Positions 45,474-56,577 are shown, counted from the first letter of the stretch. The stretch is 64,000 bases of DNA from an uncultured Planctomycetota bacterium (GCA_963845755.1 CAWJTV010000047.1:215998-279997), one strand, 5' to 3'. Numbers and translations are program-made. The notes: generated by a model from the letters alone, not told the origin.

Positions 45474-46506
45474 CTACCGGTCCTCGTCGCCGCCCTCTTC
45501 CGCCTGAACTTCGAAAAAGGGAAGGCTAGGCTGGCCCGAGCGCGGCACGGTACGCCCCGCCCTTTCCCGCTTGGTGATGTATTCCTTGTAGACGGGGTGG
45601 ACCATCGCACGCCGGATTCTCCGGATCGCGTCGCGCTCACCCCTCTTGCTGTGGGCGAAGATCTCGAGCAGGCGGACGATGTCACGCCAGTAGGGCGGCA
45701 GGGCCCTCACCGAACTGTCGAGGGCGCGCCCTTCACGGATCGCGGCCTCCGTCGCGCACCACCGTCTCGATTGGCGGGCGGGGGTCGAAGGGGGGCATTG
45801 CGGGCATCTCGACGAACTGTGTTGACTGCCACCCTTCGTCCAAGTACTGCCGCGCCGCCTTGATGTCGTCGTCGTAGAGGTGGAGGCTGCCGACGAAGTG
45901 GGTGTATACGCCCGGCTCATGCCCGAGGATTCTCGCCACGATCTCCTGGATCATGGTGAAGGAGAACACATCGTGGGGGAGGCCCTTGAAGGCATCGTTC
46001 GACCGCATGGTCGTGGCCAGCTCCACCAGGCCGTCGCGGACCATGAACTGCAAGGTGCAGGTGCAGGGTATCTCCCGGTGATGGTCGCGGATGTCCTCGG
46101 CGTCGAACAACTGGATCACCGCCCGCCTTGATCCCGGATTCCTCGTCAGCAGGTCGAGGACGTGCTCGACCTGGTTGTTGCCGTGGTGGCCGAACAGCCT
46201 GGGCCCGTAAGCGCCGTATATCGTCGCCCCGTCCTCGGATTCATCCAGGTATTGATCCAGATAATAGCTGATGAACTTCAGGTCGTTGCTCTTAGCTAGG
46301 TACCAGAGCAGCTCGCCCAACGCGCTGAAGATCTTGCCCTTCTTCTCGGTGTGGCTGAGGCGGGCCCTCGGGTTCGTGAGCTTGAGCAGGAGGCTTCTGA
46401 TCTCTCGGGTCTCGCCGCGCGACGCCCTGTTGCGCGCGCCACGCCTGACGAGCTTGTCCAGCACGCGATGCATCATGTCGTCGAGGGTCTTCGCAGTGAT
46501 GTACAT
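45474..46506 (-). CDS. Thymidylate synthase homologue, dCMP hydroxymethylase-like (frameshift near 45755)
   Basis: GELLWYL, YGAYGPR, SRRAVI, IPCTCTLQF (catalytic Cys), MRSNDAFKGLPHD, GSLHLY; extra helical C-terminal domain. Confidence 0.88.
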
Positions 46507-46800
46507 GGAGATGCCCGTCGTCGATTACCGCTGAGCGTCGGCAGCGTCCGGCCGAGAGGGCACGTCGTATCGCCCGGCCTCCGCGCGGGCACCCCGCCGA
46601 ACACGACCACGAATCAAGCGCCGCGTCACAGTATCAGTCTAACACGCTCGCCGGTTGTTTGGCCTGGGCCTTCCGGCCCGGGAAGCCGTCGCGACGATCG
46701 TCGGGTATAATGTGTAGCGGACACGCGAGTCGCGACCGAGGACGGCCGAGGAGGTGGATGCTCACCGCTGTCGGGCCGAATGGTCGGATTGGAGGCCAGC

Positions 46801-47148
46801 ATGGACCCGAAATGGCGGCGCCGATCCTGGGACATCCATCGGCGGTTCGTCGAGCTGTCCCGCGCCAAGGGAAGCCTTACTACCGAAGACGAGGTCATAA
46901 ACTTCCTTGCGCTCGCCGTCTGCGGCGAGGCGGGCGAGCTAGCCAACCTGATCAAGAAGCGGTGGCAGGGCGACAACGTGGACCGCGATCTCCTACGGGA
47001 CGAGATTGCGGATATCCGCATCTACCTCGAGCACCTCGCTCATCACCTGGAGATCGATATCGACGAGGCGTGCAACGCCAAGCTGAACGTCGTCGCTGGC
47101 CGGCTCGCGGCAAAGGAGCAGGCCGCAGCTGGCGGGAATGGGCGATAG
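46801..47148 (+). CDS. MazG-like (all-alpha) nucleotide pyrophosphohydrolase
   Basis: LAVCGEAGELANLIKK...DEIADIRIYL..LA..LEIDIDEA..AKL, i.e. the ExxE...ExxD metal motif. Confidence 0.85.
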   Translation: MDPKWRRRSWDIHRRFVELSRAKGSLTTEDEVINFLALAVCGEAGELANLIKKRWQGDNVDRDLLRDEIADIRIYLEHLAHHLEIDIDEACNAKLNVVAGRLAAKEQAAAGGNGR

Positions 47149-48031
47149 CCGGGAGCGGGCGACTCAACTCCTTACCGACTCCAGAGGTTCGCCAGCGTGG
47201 TCAGGTTCAGGCCGCGGGGGAAGGCGGACCGGCCCGAGCAGCCCTGCTGATAATTCCAGCAAGACGGCGTCTGCCGCTCGGGATCTTTCATGGGCGAGGT
47301 GACCTAGATGGTATGGATATGAAGTCCGGCCTCCCGTGGTCGGCGCGATACGCATCTGGTCCCAGTGTCTTGACAACGTCCCCAGGAAAATGCGCCGAGA
47401 AACTCCGGATCTACGTTGTCAATTAACCGCGGCCACCCGCGTAGTACCCAGTCAAATTTGTGTTTGTCGGGTTGGATCCGCCTGGCTGTCATGATTCCTC
47501 ATGGGCGTCACGCAACAGTATGCTCTGCCGAGCCGACCTGAGAATCGAATTTTGACTAGGTAGTACAGTTACAATCTCTGAAGATACGGCATTCTTGACC
47601 TGGGCCGCCACGTTGCCGTGCTAGACGGCCGCACAGCGGCGATAGAGGCCGTAGTAACGATCCGACCGACCCTGCTGATCGTTCCGGGCCGGGATGTCGC
47701 CCACCCGTCCTTGGGTAAGATTCGCGGCCAATCGCCGACGTGGCCGCCTATACGCAAGTGTGACTCGTGGGACAGAAGACCATCGAATTCTTAATGCGAC
47801 CAGGGTATGCATGAACGGCGAAGTCCGGATGGCCAGGTTCCAATTAGATTGAATCGCCGCCCTTTATCGGAAGGTCGTCTACTTCGGAAAAACCCCAGTT
47901 CTCTTCGATCAAAGAAGTTACAACTCAAGAGTATTGGTAATACTAAACTCGACGCGCCCAGTAGGATTTGTGTAACAATCAAGCGATGGGCACTTTGATT
48001 GTCGAGCATACCAAAACAAGGAGTGAGTCCG

Positions 48032-50443
48032 ATGGCGGTGTATGCTCTCTGGAACAATAAAGGTGGCGTCGGAAAGAGCTATCTGACTTTTAGATTGCTT
48101 GCGAGTATGCAAGGACCCACCCAGGACAGAAGGTACTAGTCATCGATCTGTGCCCGCAAGCAAACTCTTCGGGAATGCTGCTTGGTGGCATGATTCAAGG
48201 CGAGGCGGAATTGAACAAGTTGTCTTCCGCCGAACCTCGGCGCACGATTGCAGGATACATACGGGAGCGTCTCTCGAGTCCCTATTATAGTCCGGGTAGT
48301 GGCGCAAGCTACCTACTTCAGATCCATACACGAAACCAACTTGTCCCTGACAACCTCTTCTTGGTTCCGGGAGACGAGGAGCTCGAAGTGCTGGCCGCGC
48401 GAGTGTCCAACGCCACTACCCCAGGCCCGGACGGCGCGTGGGCGAAGGTTCATTTCTGGATTCGGGACATGATGAACGACATTCAGCAACGTTGGCACGT
48501 AGAGGAATTGACCGTCTTTGTCGATTGCAATCCCAGCTTCGGGATCTACACCGAAATGGCGCTGCTGGCATCTGACCGGCTCATCATTCCATTCTCTGCG
48601 GATGGTTCATCTCGAAGGGCGGTCCGCACCGTCTTATCGCTGGTTTTCGGTGACGTGCGACGCCCCGGAGCCGAACGTTCGGAATTCTTTCGACGATCGG
48701 AGGAATTCCGCCTGCGGGTTCCACGTATCTACTGCTACGTCGGCAATCGAATGACGCAAGCGGAATACCAGTCTGCGAATGCATTTCGTACCGTCGTGAA
48801 TGAAATCGGGGCGGAGATCTACTCTGTATGGAACGCGAATGCAAACGCCTTTCAGGTGCATCCGGCGGGTACACCCGCACCGAGAACGCAGAGAGGATTC
48901 AAGGAAATGTTTCAAGCAGAGATCGTCGATGCCAACACGGCATCAGTGGTCTCAAGCGCCATGGGAATCCCGCTCGACCAGTTGAATGCCGGGACTTATG
49001 ACTTTTTTGATAAGGCGAACGGCAGAAATTAATTTACCTGCAAGACAGGCGTTTTCGGCTTGATCGTGATGTCATACTTCGGTAACGCCGCCAAACGCTC
49101 CAGGCGCGCTTCGTACTCCTTCATCTCCTTGGCCGGAACTCGTACGCCATCGGGATACTCGCCATGGAGCCGCTTCACCGTCGGGTGCCGACCCTTCCAG
49201 ACCATCCGGAGGCGCATTGCAGCACGACCTTCAGACAGGTCAATAAGACGCCGTTCCATTTCTTCTCCAACGCCGACCAGCAGCGTTCGATCGGATTGTA
49301 TTTGCTGTGATAAGGGGGATAGTACACCAAGCGAATCTCCAACCCCGACCCGTCGGCGAATTCCACCATCCGTTTCAAGAACTGGGTCCGCCGGCCTGAG
49401 TTCTTCGGGCCGTTGTCGACGTAGATCACCAAGCGTTTGATATGTCCCAAACCCGACCGGACCTCCAGCCACCACATCCTCAAGGCATCGACCCAGGCAT
49501 CGCTGGTCTCGCGCTCGCCAAACAGAAGCATCAACGCGCCCGTTGCCATCATCAGGACGCCGAAGGGGACCAGTTTCTCCTTGGCGGGCGGATCATGGTC
49601 CCATCCCTTGGTCACTTCACCGTCGGCGTCAGTCCGGGTTTTTTCCCCCCCGAGCGTAATCGCCCAATCCCACCTTGGCTTTGGTATCCATGGAGATCTC
49701 CAGAGTTTCCGGATCGGCCCGCGCCTGTTCCCGTACGGTCTTGATGTTGGCGAAGATCGCGTCGGTCTCTTTGGTCTTCTTCAGCGGTTTGCCCTTCTGA
49801 ATCCGCTTGAGCCGATAGTTCATCCGATTGAGGATGTCCCGCATCGTGCGGCTCGCTGGGCAACTCCTCGAGGGCATAGCCCTTGGCGATCAGGGCGTCG
49901 CGCACCTCAGCCGCCGACAAGTTGGTGTACCGCCGCGGCGACTTGAGTTCCGGATCGGCGTGCGAATGGGGTCCCACGATGGCGCGGATATCGGTCGCCA
50001 ATTGGGGATCCTTGTCTTCGCTGCGCGGCCGGCCCCGTGCGGCAAAATCCTCCAGACACCGGAGGCCTTGCCGGGCCTCATGGAGTCCTTTCTCGACCGT
50101 CTCGCGCCCCCAGCCGAAACGGCGTTCGGCTTTGCGAGCGCTGCCGTTGCATAATTCGGTAGCGACCTCGGCGAGGAACAAGCGGCGCTGGTATCCGGTC
50201 AGGCGCTCGGCGCCGGAACGAAGCAAGTCATCAACGCAGGCGGCGGACGTGTCCATGAGCGTGACCCCCCTCCTGAGACAAGACAATCCTCAAGGAACAG
50301 TCTCGCATCCCGCGGGATGGCCGGAAACCTCAGTTCTTGGGTAGGATTCCACCCACCGATCGCCTAAGCAAATTCGTGTGAATCAATCCCAGCTCGATAG
50401 ACTGCAACCCAACATGCGCAAGTTGGTCGAGATGATCGAGTGA
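48032..50443 (+). pseudogene. ParA/Soj-family ATPase interrupted by an ISAzo13-family element
   Basis: WNNKGGVGKS, VIDLCPQANSS, FVDCNPS; removing 49014-50367 restores ...DFFDKQIRVNQSQLDRLQPNMRKLVEMIE* ending at 50443. Confidence 0.85.
49014..50364 (-). mobile_element. ISAzo13-family insertion sequence (transposase about 49029..50256)
   Basis: Ends GGCGAACGG / CCGATCGCC with flanking TAA duplication; ISMDTKAKV, YVDNGP, YYPPYHSKYNPIERCW; G7A6 slippery site near 49640. Confidence 0.88.
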
Positions 50444-50470
50444 GGTGGGCCCTTTGTCTAGTAACTAGCC

Positions 50471-51240
50471 TTAGGCGCACCAGTGTGATTGCCACTCGTC
50501 ATCGGCCGGCTCGACGAATGCCCGGCGGCGCTTCCAGTCCAGGTGAGTCACCTGCCAGGCCCAGCCCGACAGCAGGACAGGAGGCCCGTCGGGCCGCCGG
50601 ACCAGGAACGTGGACTGGACGACCGAGCCCAGCTCGCGGCGGCCGTAGAGGACGACGAACAACGGCGGCGCGGTGAAGACCGACACCAGGTCCAGGAAGT
50701 TCTTCCGGCCGTAGGCGTCCTGGCCCTCGCGGCCCAGCCAGAGGACCCCGGCGTCATCCCAGAGGATGCCCCTCTCGAGCATGCTGGCGACGATCCGGTC
50801 GGCGGTCGCTGCGTCCAGCTCGCGAAGGGCCGGGACCGAGCCGATCCAGTCGCGTCAGGCCGAGCGGCCCTCCTGCAACGCCAGGGCCACGACTTGCTGG
50901 GCCAGGATATGCAGCGGCGACCGCGGCGGCGTGGCCCGCTCGACGAAGCCCGACCGCCACAGCTCGATCAGGCCGGTCGCCCGGAGCAGGCCCACGTCCG
51001 AGGTCGCCAGGAAAAGCGCGTTGCGGGTTGTGCCCGGCCGCCGGCCGGTGCGACCCATCCGCTGGAGGAACGACGAGACCGTCGGCGGCGCGTCGATCTG
51101 GATCACGCGATCCAGGTCGCCGACGTCGATGCCCAGCTCCAGTGGCGCTGGTGGCCACGATCCCGCAGTCGCGGCCCGCGGCAAACGCCTGCTCGGCCTG
51201 ACGCCGCTCGTCGAGTCCCAGCGAGCTGTGCGCGACGAAC
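50471..51240 (-). pseudogene. Fragment of an Lhr-like SF2 helicase (resembles BREX type 2 BrxHI)
   Basis: HSSL..ERRQAE, IVATS.LELGIDVGDLD, SSFLQRMGRTGRR, HILAQQ, GRKNFLDLVSVFTAPP, LSGWAWQV; N-terminus replaced by an IS relic. Confidence 0.7.
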
Positions 51241-51593
51241 GACCAGGAGAACCTGATCGCGCAGCTCAAGAGCGGCGCCAACGCGTTGAGTACCCCGTAG
51301 TCGACCTGGTCAGCAACTGGGCGTACATGGTGATGGCGTCGTTGGCGTGGAGCCTCAAGTCGTGGAGCGCGTCGCTGGTCCCGGTGGCACCTCGGCACCG
51401 GGTCGAATACCAGGCGGAGCGCCGCACGCTGTTGCGGATGGAGTTTGCGACCTATCGCGAGGCGTTCCTCCGGATGCCGTGCCAACTGGTGCGGACGGGC
51501 CGCGGCTTGATCTACCGGTTTCTGTCGTGGAACCCGTGGCAAGGGGTGTTCCTCCGGCTGGTGGGGCGGCTATATGCTTGCCGGCTGTGTTGA
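51241..51593 (+). pseudogene. C-terminal remnant of an IS1380-family transposase
   Basis: DQENLIAQLKSG..PVVDLVSNWAYMVMASLAWSLKSW..PCQLVRTGRGL. Confidence 0.7.
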
Positions 51594-51812
51594 CCGGTTC
51601 GACCCTGAAGTCGGGGTCCGGATGCCCCGATCCGCATGGGCCATCGAACGAAGAAAGGGGGTGGGTGATGGGGACGAGGAATCCGAGCGGCTAAGACGGG
51701 GACATGCCGCCCCGCACCGTAGAAAGTACGTCTCGATATGACGAAAATAATTACATAACCTATACATAGTCGCTTTTTTTCTCACACTTGTTTTGGGGCT
51801 AGTTTCCGGCCC

Positions 51813-52037
51813 ATGATGGGCCAAGAGCTACGAAAGGCGCGGGAACGGGCTGGGATCACCCAGGAAGAGCTCTCATTCCGGGCCGGCCTCTCACGTCCCT
51901 ACATCAGCCAGCTCGAGCGGGACATGAAATCGCCGACCGTGGATACGCTGTTCCGGATCTGCGACGCGCTCAACGTCCGGGCGGCGGATGTGGTCCGGAA
52001 GGTCGATGCCGCGAGGAAGCGGAAAGCGGGTCCATGA
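51813..52037 (+). CDS. XRE-family HTH transcriptional regulator
   Basis: LRKARERAGITQEELSFRAGLSRPYISQLERDMKSPTVDTL. Confidence 0.92.
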   Translation: MMGQELRKARERAGITQEELSFRAGLSRPYISQLERDMKSPTVDTLFRICDALNVRAADVVRKVDAARKRKAGP

Positions 52038-52345
52038 AGGGCTGGAGTCGGGGAAAAAGAGGGGCATCGTCGAGCTTGCCTCTGATGCGGCCGTCCCTCG
52101 GCGACGATGCCATTCGGCCGCTCGATTGTCAGCGATCCAGCTTCAGGCGTTTCGTCCTCGGGGACGTCGCTGCCACCCCTTCGGGCCCGGCTCGTTCCGA
52201 TCGCCGGCATGCCCCATTTCGTCCCGAATCGTCCCCGTAGTCCCATGCTCGCCGGCCCTTATCGGCTGGCATCGAGTCCTGATTTCAAGGCATCGAGCTG
52301 CGCCCGAGCTTCGTGATCGTCGGGATTCTCCGCCAGGATCGCCGC

Positions 52346-53455
52346 CTACAGCCGCGCCGCCGCGCCGAGATCGCCGCGCCGGATCGCCAGCGAGGCCAAT
52401 GCTCTCCGCGCCCGCCCTGCCTCGAAGCTCGGGTCGTAGTCCGCCACGCGTTCGGGTTCGCCGCCTGCCAGCGTCAGTACGTGCCTCCAGCACCGCTCGG
52501 CCTCGGCCGTCTCGCCGAGGTAGTCGTGCATCTGACCCCTGGCAAACCATGCCGGCGCATCGAACGGCCTCAGGGCGAGCGATTCGGAGCAGGCCCGCAG
52601 GGCGGCCCTGTGATTGCCCAGCTCCCATTCCGCCTGGGCGAGATGGCCACGCGGGGCGTCGGCCGACAGATCGGTCGGCCATCCCGCGAGACTCCTCCGG
52701 TACAAATCCAACGCCCCGGACCACTGGCCGCGACTGGCCGCAATCCTCCCCATATGCCACAAGGCAAACGGATCGTCGGGGCATTCCGCCAGGCGGACAC
52801 GAAGGAGCCGCTCATTGCGCTGTCGTTTCCTTGAGCGGACGGCGAGATCGGCATATCCCCGATGGTCCACCGAAACGCCGCCGGGCCAGACCGCCAGTCC
52901 CGCTCGGCGAATCGCCGGCCAGATAACCTCGTGGATCGGGCTCATCCAGCGGACGTCCCGACGACGCGGGAACAGTCGGACCTGGAACAGGCCGGGCTCC
53001 GGGATCATGGCTCCCCGGAATCGCGCCGTGTAGGCGACGCCCGCCCCGGGCCGCAGGCCATCAAGGAGGTGCCGAAGCTTTTCCCACTCGACCGCCTCGA
53101 TCACCTCGTCGGCGTCGAGCCAGAACGCGTAGTCGCTGGTCGCGTGTTCCATGGCCGCATTCCTGGCCGCGGCGAAGTCATCGCACCAGGCGAACTCCAA
53201 GGTTCGAGCCCCGAACGACCGGGCGATCTCCCGCGTTCGGTCGAGCGACCCGGTATCCACGACGACGACCTCGTCGAACAGGCCCCGGACGGATTCGAGG
53301 CAGTGCGGCAGGTTCGCCTCCTCGTCGCGGACGATCATCGTCAGGCTGACCGGACAAGCCCTCAAACGGGGTGACGATGGAGCGACCGGGAATGGGAAAC
53401 TCTCGCCCCGATCCGCGACGAGCCGGTCGGACGGGTTCCGGGGATGATTGGACAT
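52346..53455 (-). CDS. GT2 glycosyltransferase with C-terminal TPR repeats
   Basis: SLTMIVRDEEANLPHCLESV, VVVDTGSLDRT, DDFAAARN, WLDADE, IHE, HRGY, then TPR-like helices. Confidence 0.9.
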   Translation of the reverse strand: MSNHPRNPSDRLVADRGESFPFPVAPSSPRLRACPVSLTMIVRDEEANLPHCLESVRGLFDEVVVVDTGSLDRTREIARSFGARTLEFAWCDDFAAARNAAMEHATSDYAFWLDADEVIEAVEWEKLRHLLDGLRPGAGVAYTARFRGAMIPEPGLFQVRLFPRRRDVRWMSPIHEVIWPAIRRAGLAVWPGGVSVDHRGYADLAVRSRKRQRNERLLRVRLAECPDDPFALWHMGRIAASRGQWSGALDLYRRSLAGWPTDLSADAPRGHLAQAEWELGNHRAALRACSESLALRPFDAPAWFARGQMHDYLGETAEAERCWRHVLTLAGGEPERVADYDPSFEAGRARRALASLAIRRGDLGAAARL

Positions 53456-53608
53456 GGCTCATCCTCCCTGCGAAGTCGGGGTGGCCTGGCCGGCGAATCC
53501 ATCGAGGCTGGACGTCGGGGCACCATCGAAGACGTGCCGTAGCGACCGCGCGGACACGGCGCGCACCCCGATCGAATCCGCACGGGGTAGGGCTGGGACG
53601 CGAGGACC

Positions 53609-53631
53609 TCGGACAGTTGACAACTGTCCGA
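53609..53631. promoter_or_regulatory. Perfect 11-1-11 palindrome, possible operator
   Basis: TCGGACAGTTG-A-CAACTGTCCGA in the divergent GT2 / DUF1257 intergenic region. Confidence 0.45.
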
Positions 53632-54020
53632 CTGAGGGAATCCTACAGGATTCGTTCTGCGATGACAACTGTAATCGTGCGATGACGAGGCCCTGGTGTC
53701 GCGGTGCGACCAAACATGAGCCCGGTCGGGGGTATGACCGTCGGCGTGCTGGTCGTCGGGGTGCTTTGCCTTTCTCGACATCAGTCTTGCGCCGCACGGG
53801 GGCTTCCTGGCCTTGCGGTCGTCCCACTCTCGCGCTTACGCACGCCCGCTGTTGCGAAGCATGGTGCGAACTGCGAGCCGCACGCCACCGTGCCGATCGG
53901 TCCCGCTCATCCCACAAGGGTTGCTTAATTCCTCCAATATTCAAGTCATATATCAATGTGGATGGCATTAGCGGTGCCATTCCACACATCGTGACTCCCT
54001 CCCCCCCGGAGGAATCACCC

Positions 54021-54390
54021 TTGAGCCACATCGTGACCGTCAAATCGGAGGTCGGCGATCATGCCGCGGTCGCGGCGGCCTGCCGCCGGCTCGCCTTGCC
54101 CAAACCGGTCCACGGCATAACCCAGCTTTACAGCGGCAATGTCAGCGGCCTGCTCGTCCATCTGCCCGCCTGGCTCTACCCGGTCGTCATCGACACGGCC
54201 ACCGGCCAGCATCCGCTACGACAACTATGAAGGCTGCTGGGGCGACGAGAAGCATCTCCATCGCTTCTTGCAAGCCTACGTCGTCGAGAGGTCTCGCATC
54301 GAGGCCCGCAAGAAGAGCTACGTGACCACCGAGCAGTCCCTGGCCGACGGATCCATCATGGTCGAGATCGAAGTGGGAGGCTCGGCATGA
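54021..54390 (+). CDS. DUF1257 (Ycf35-like) protein (frameshift near 54210)
   Basis: GGAGGA then MSHIVTVKSEV.D..AVAAAC.RL; YDNYEG.WG, FLQAY..E...EARK, DGSI. Confidence 0.75.
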
Positions 54391-54582
54391 AGAAGATCAT
54401 TCGCGTGATCGTCGGCCCCAAGGGCGAGACGAGAGATCGAGACGAAGGGCTTCACCGGAGCCGAGTGTCGCGAGGCCAGCCGGTTCATCGAGCAGGCCCT
54501 GGGCCAGCCGGTCAACGAGCAGCTCACGGCCGAGTTCTACCAGTCGCAGGCCACCGACCAGCAGATCCAGCAGTCGCAGTGA
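54387..54582 (+). CDS. DUF2997 family protein (frameshift near 54432)
   Basis: IRVIVGPKGE..IETKGFTGAECREASRFIEQALG....LTAEFYQ; ATGA overlap with the previous gene. Confidence 0.75.
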
Positions 54583-54619
54583 TGTCGGCATCCGCCATGG
54601 TCCTATTCGAGGAGACGCG

Positions 54620-55014
54620 ATGTTCGACAACTACGAGCAGACCCCCGAGTTTTCGCTGATCGAGGCCATTGCCGCGGCGCTCGCGTGACGAGCTGGGCGT
54701 CGCGATCGAGGACCAACCCGGGCTCCATGATCCGGCTGAGGCCGGACAGGTCAACCGGGCGTTCCGGGTCATGGCCCGGACCATCCTCCGGCCAATCGCT
54801 CCACCGGACGAGGACCTGCCGGCAATCCTGAGCCGGGTTCTCGGCCGGCTTGCACAACGGCGACTTGAAGCCGGGTCTGCTCGACGCCCGCGAGGTCGAG
54901 CACCTGATCGCTCTGGAGCTGGACGGCCGCGACGACTGGCTCGTCTTCCTGATCCTGACGGACTGGTCCGAGATCGAGTTTCTGCTCCAAACCCGCGGTC
55001 CCGACCAGGACTGA
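54620..55014 (+). CDS. Hypothetical acidic protein (two frameshifts)
   Basis: GAGGAG RBS, MFDNYEQTPEF...RDELGVAIED...DDWLVFLILTDWSEIEFLL. Confidence 0.5.
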
Positions 55015-55082
55015 TCCGGACCCGCTCCGCTCGACCACTTCCCCCACCAACCCGCTCCTTCACCACCAAGAGGAGGATCTCA

Positions 55083-56577
55083 ATGAGGCTCGCCGAGCGT
55101 TTGGCTGAGTTCGTGCGCGCCGCCTTCACCGGCCTGTGGGTCCAGTCGTTCGAGCACGACGACGCGATCGCCGAGATCGCCCGGCTCTGCCGCCAGCAGC
55201 GCTGGGCGTTGGCCACCTGGGATATCGACCGCGGCCTCTCCATCGCCGGACGGTCCGAAGATTCCGCCAGCGTCGTCAATGCCACCGATCCGCTGGCCGC
55301 CATCCGCTCGCTGGGGGCCATGGCCAATCCCGAGGGCACGTCGTTACTCGTCCTGCGGAACTTCAACCGGTTCCTCAACAACATCGAGGTCGTCCAGGCC
55401 CTCGACTCGGCGATCTCCGCCGGCAAGACCGGTCGGACCTTCGTCGTCGTCCTCTCGGCCGTGGTGAATATCCCCGTCGAGCTGGAGCGACAGTTCGTCG
55501 TGATCGAGCATGACCTGCCCGGCCGCGATCAGCTCGAGCGGATCGCCCGCGGGATCGCCACGGATCCCGGTGAGTTGCCCGAGGGCGACGGGCTGACGGC
55601 CGTGCTGGATGCGGCGGCGGGCCTGACCCGGGTCGAGGCCGAGAATGCGCTGAGCCTGTCCCTGGTCCGGCACAACCGGGTCACGCCGGATGTGCTCTGG
55701 GAGCTCAAGGCCCAGACGCTCAAGAAAAGCGGACTGCTGACCCTGCATCGGGGCGGCGAGACCTTCGCCGACCTGGGTGGGCTGGAGGCCCTCAAGTCGT
55801 TCTGCACGCGCGCCCTTCGGGCTGGCCGACGGGCCGATGTCCAGGCTCGTGGTGTGCTCCTGTTGGGGCCTCCAGGGTCCGGCAAATCGGCCTGTGCCAA
55901 GGCGCTGGGCAATGAGACCGGCCGGCCCACGCTCTTGATGGACGTCGGGACGCTCATGGGCTCCTTGATCGGCCAGACCGAGGAACGGACGCGACAGGCC
56001 CTGAAGATCGCCGACGCGATGGCGCCGTGCGTCATCATGATCGACGAGCTGGACAAGGCGCTCTCCGGCGTCGGCAGCACCGGCGACAGCGGCGTGTCCA
56101 CGCGGATGTTCGGGACGCTCCTGACCTACCTGAGCGACCACGACTCGGACGTGTTCATCGTCGCCTCGGCCAATGACATCTCGAAGCTGCCGCCCGAGTT
56201 CGCGAGGGCAGAACGGTTCGACGGCGTGTTCTTCCTCGACCTGCCGGGCCAGACGCGAGCGGCAGACGATCTGGCAGATGTATCTCCGCAAGTTCGGGCT
56301 CGACCCCGCCCAGCGTCTGCCCCAGGACCGCGAGTGGACGGGCGCCGAGATCCGATCGTGCTGCCGGCTGGCGGCGTTACTGGACGTCCCGCTGAGCGAG
56401 GCGGCGTCGAACATCGTCCCGGTGGCCGTGACGGCCGGCGAGGCGGTAGAGAAGCTCCGGCAGTGGGCCAGCGGGCGGTGCCTGTCGGCCGAGCGGCCGG
56501 GAATCTACTCGCGCGAGGGCAATGGCATGCCCAGCTCGGGACGGAACGTCCATCGCGGTGATCCGTCAACCAACTGA
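55083..56577 (+). CDS. Ycf46-like AAA+ ATPase (frameshift near 56255)
   Basis: GAGGAGG RBS; degenerate N-terminal AAA, LGGLEALK, GVLLLGPPGSGKS, VIMIDELDK, KLPPEFARAERFD, WTGAEI, LRQWASGR. Confidence 0.88.

Noticed and set aside
45474..46506. Housekeeping thyA
   Set aside because: Lacks the PFN and PPCH signatures, has no folA neighbour and lies in an island.
47150..48030. Additional genes between MazG and ParA
   Set aside because: Only short ORFs without recognisable features; possibly decayed DNA.
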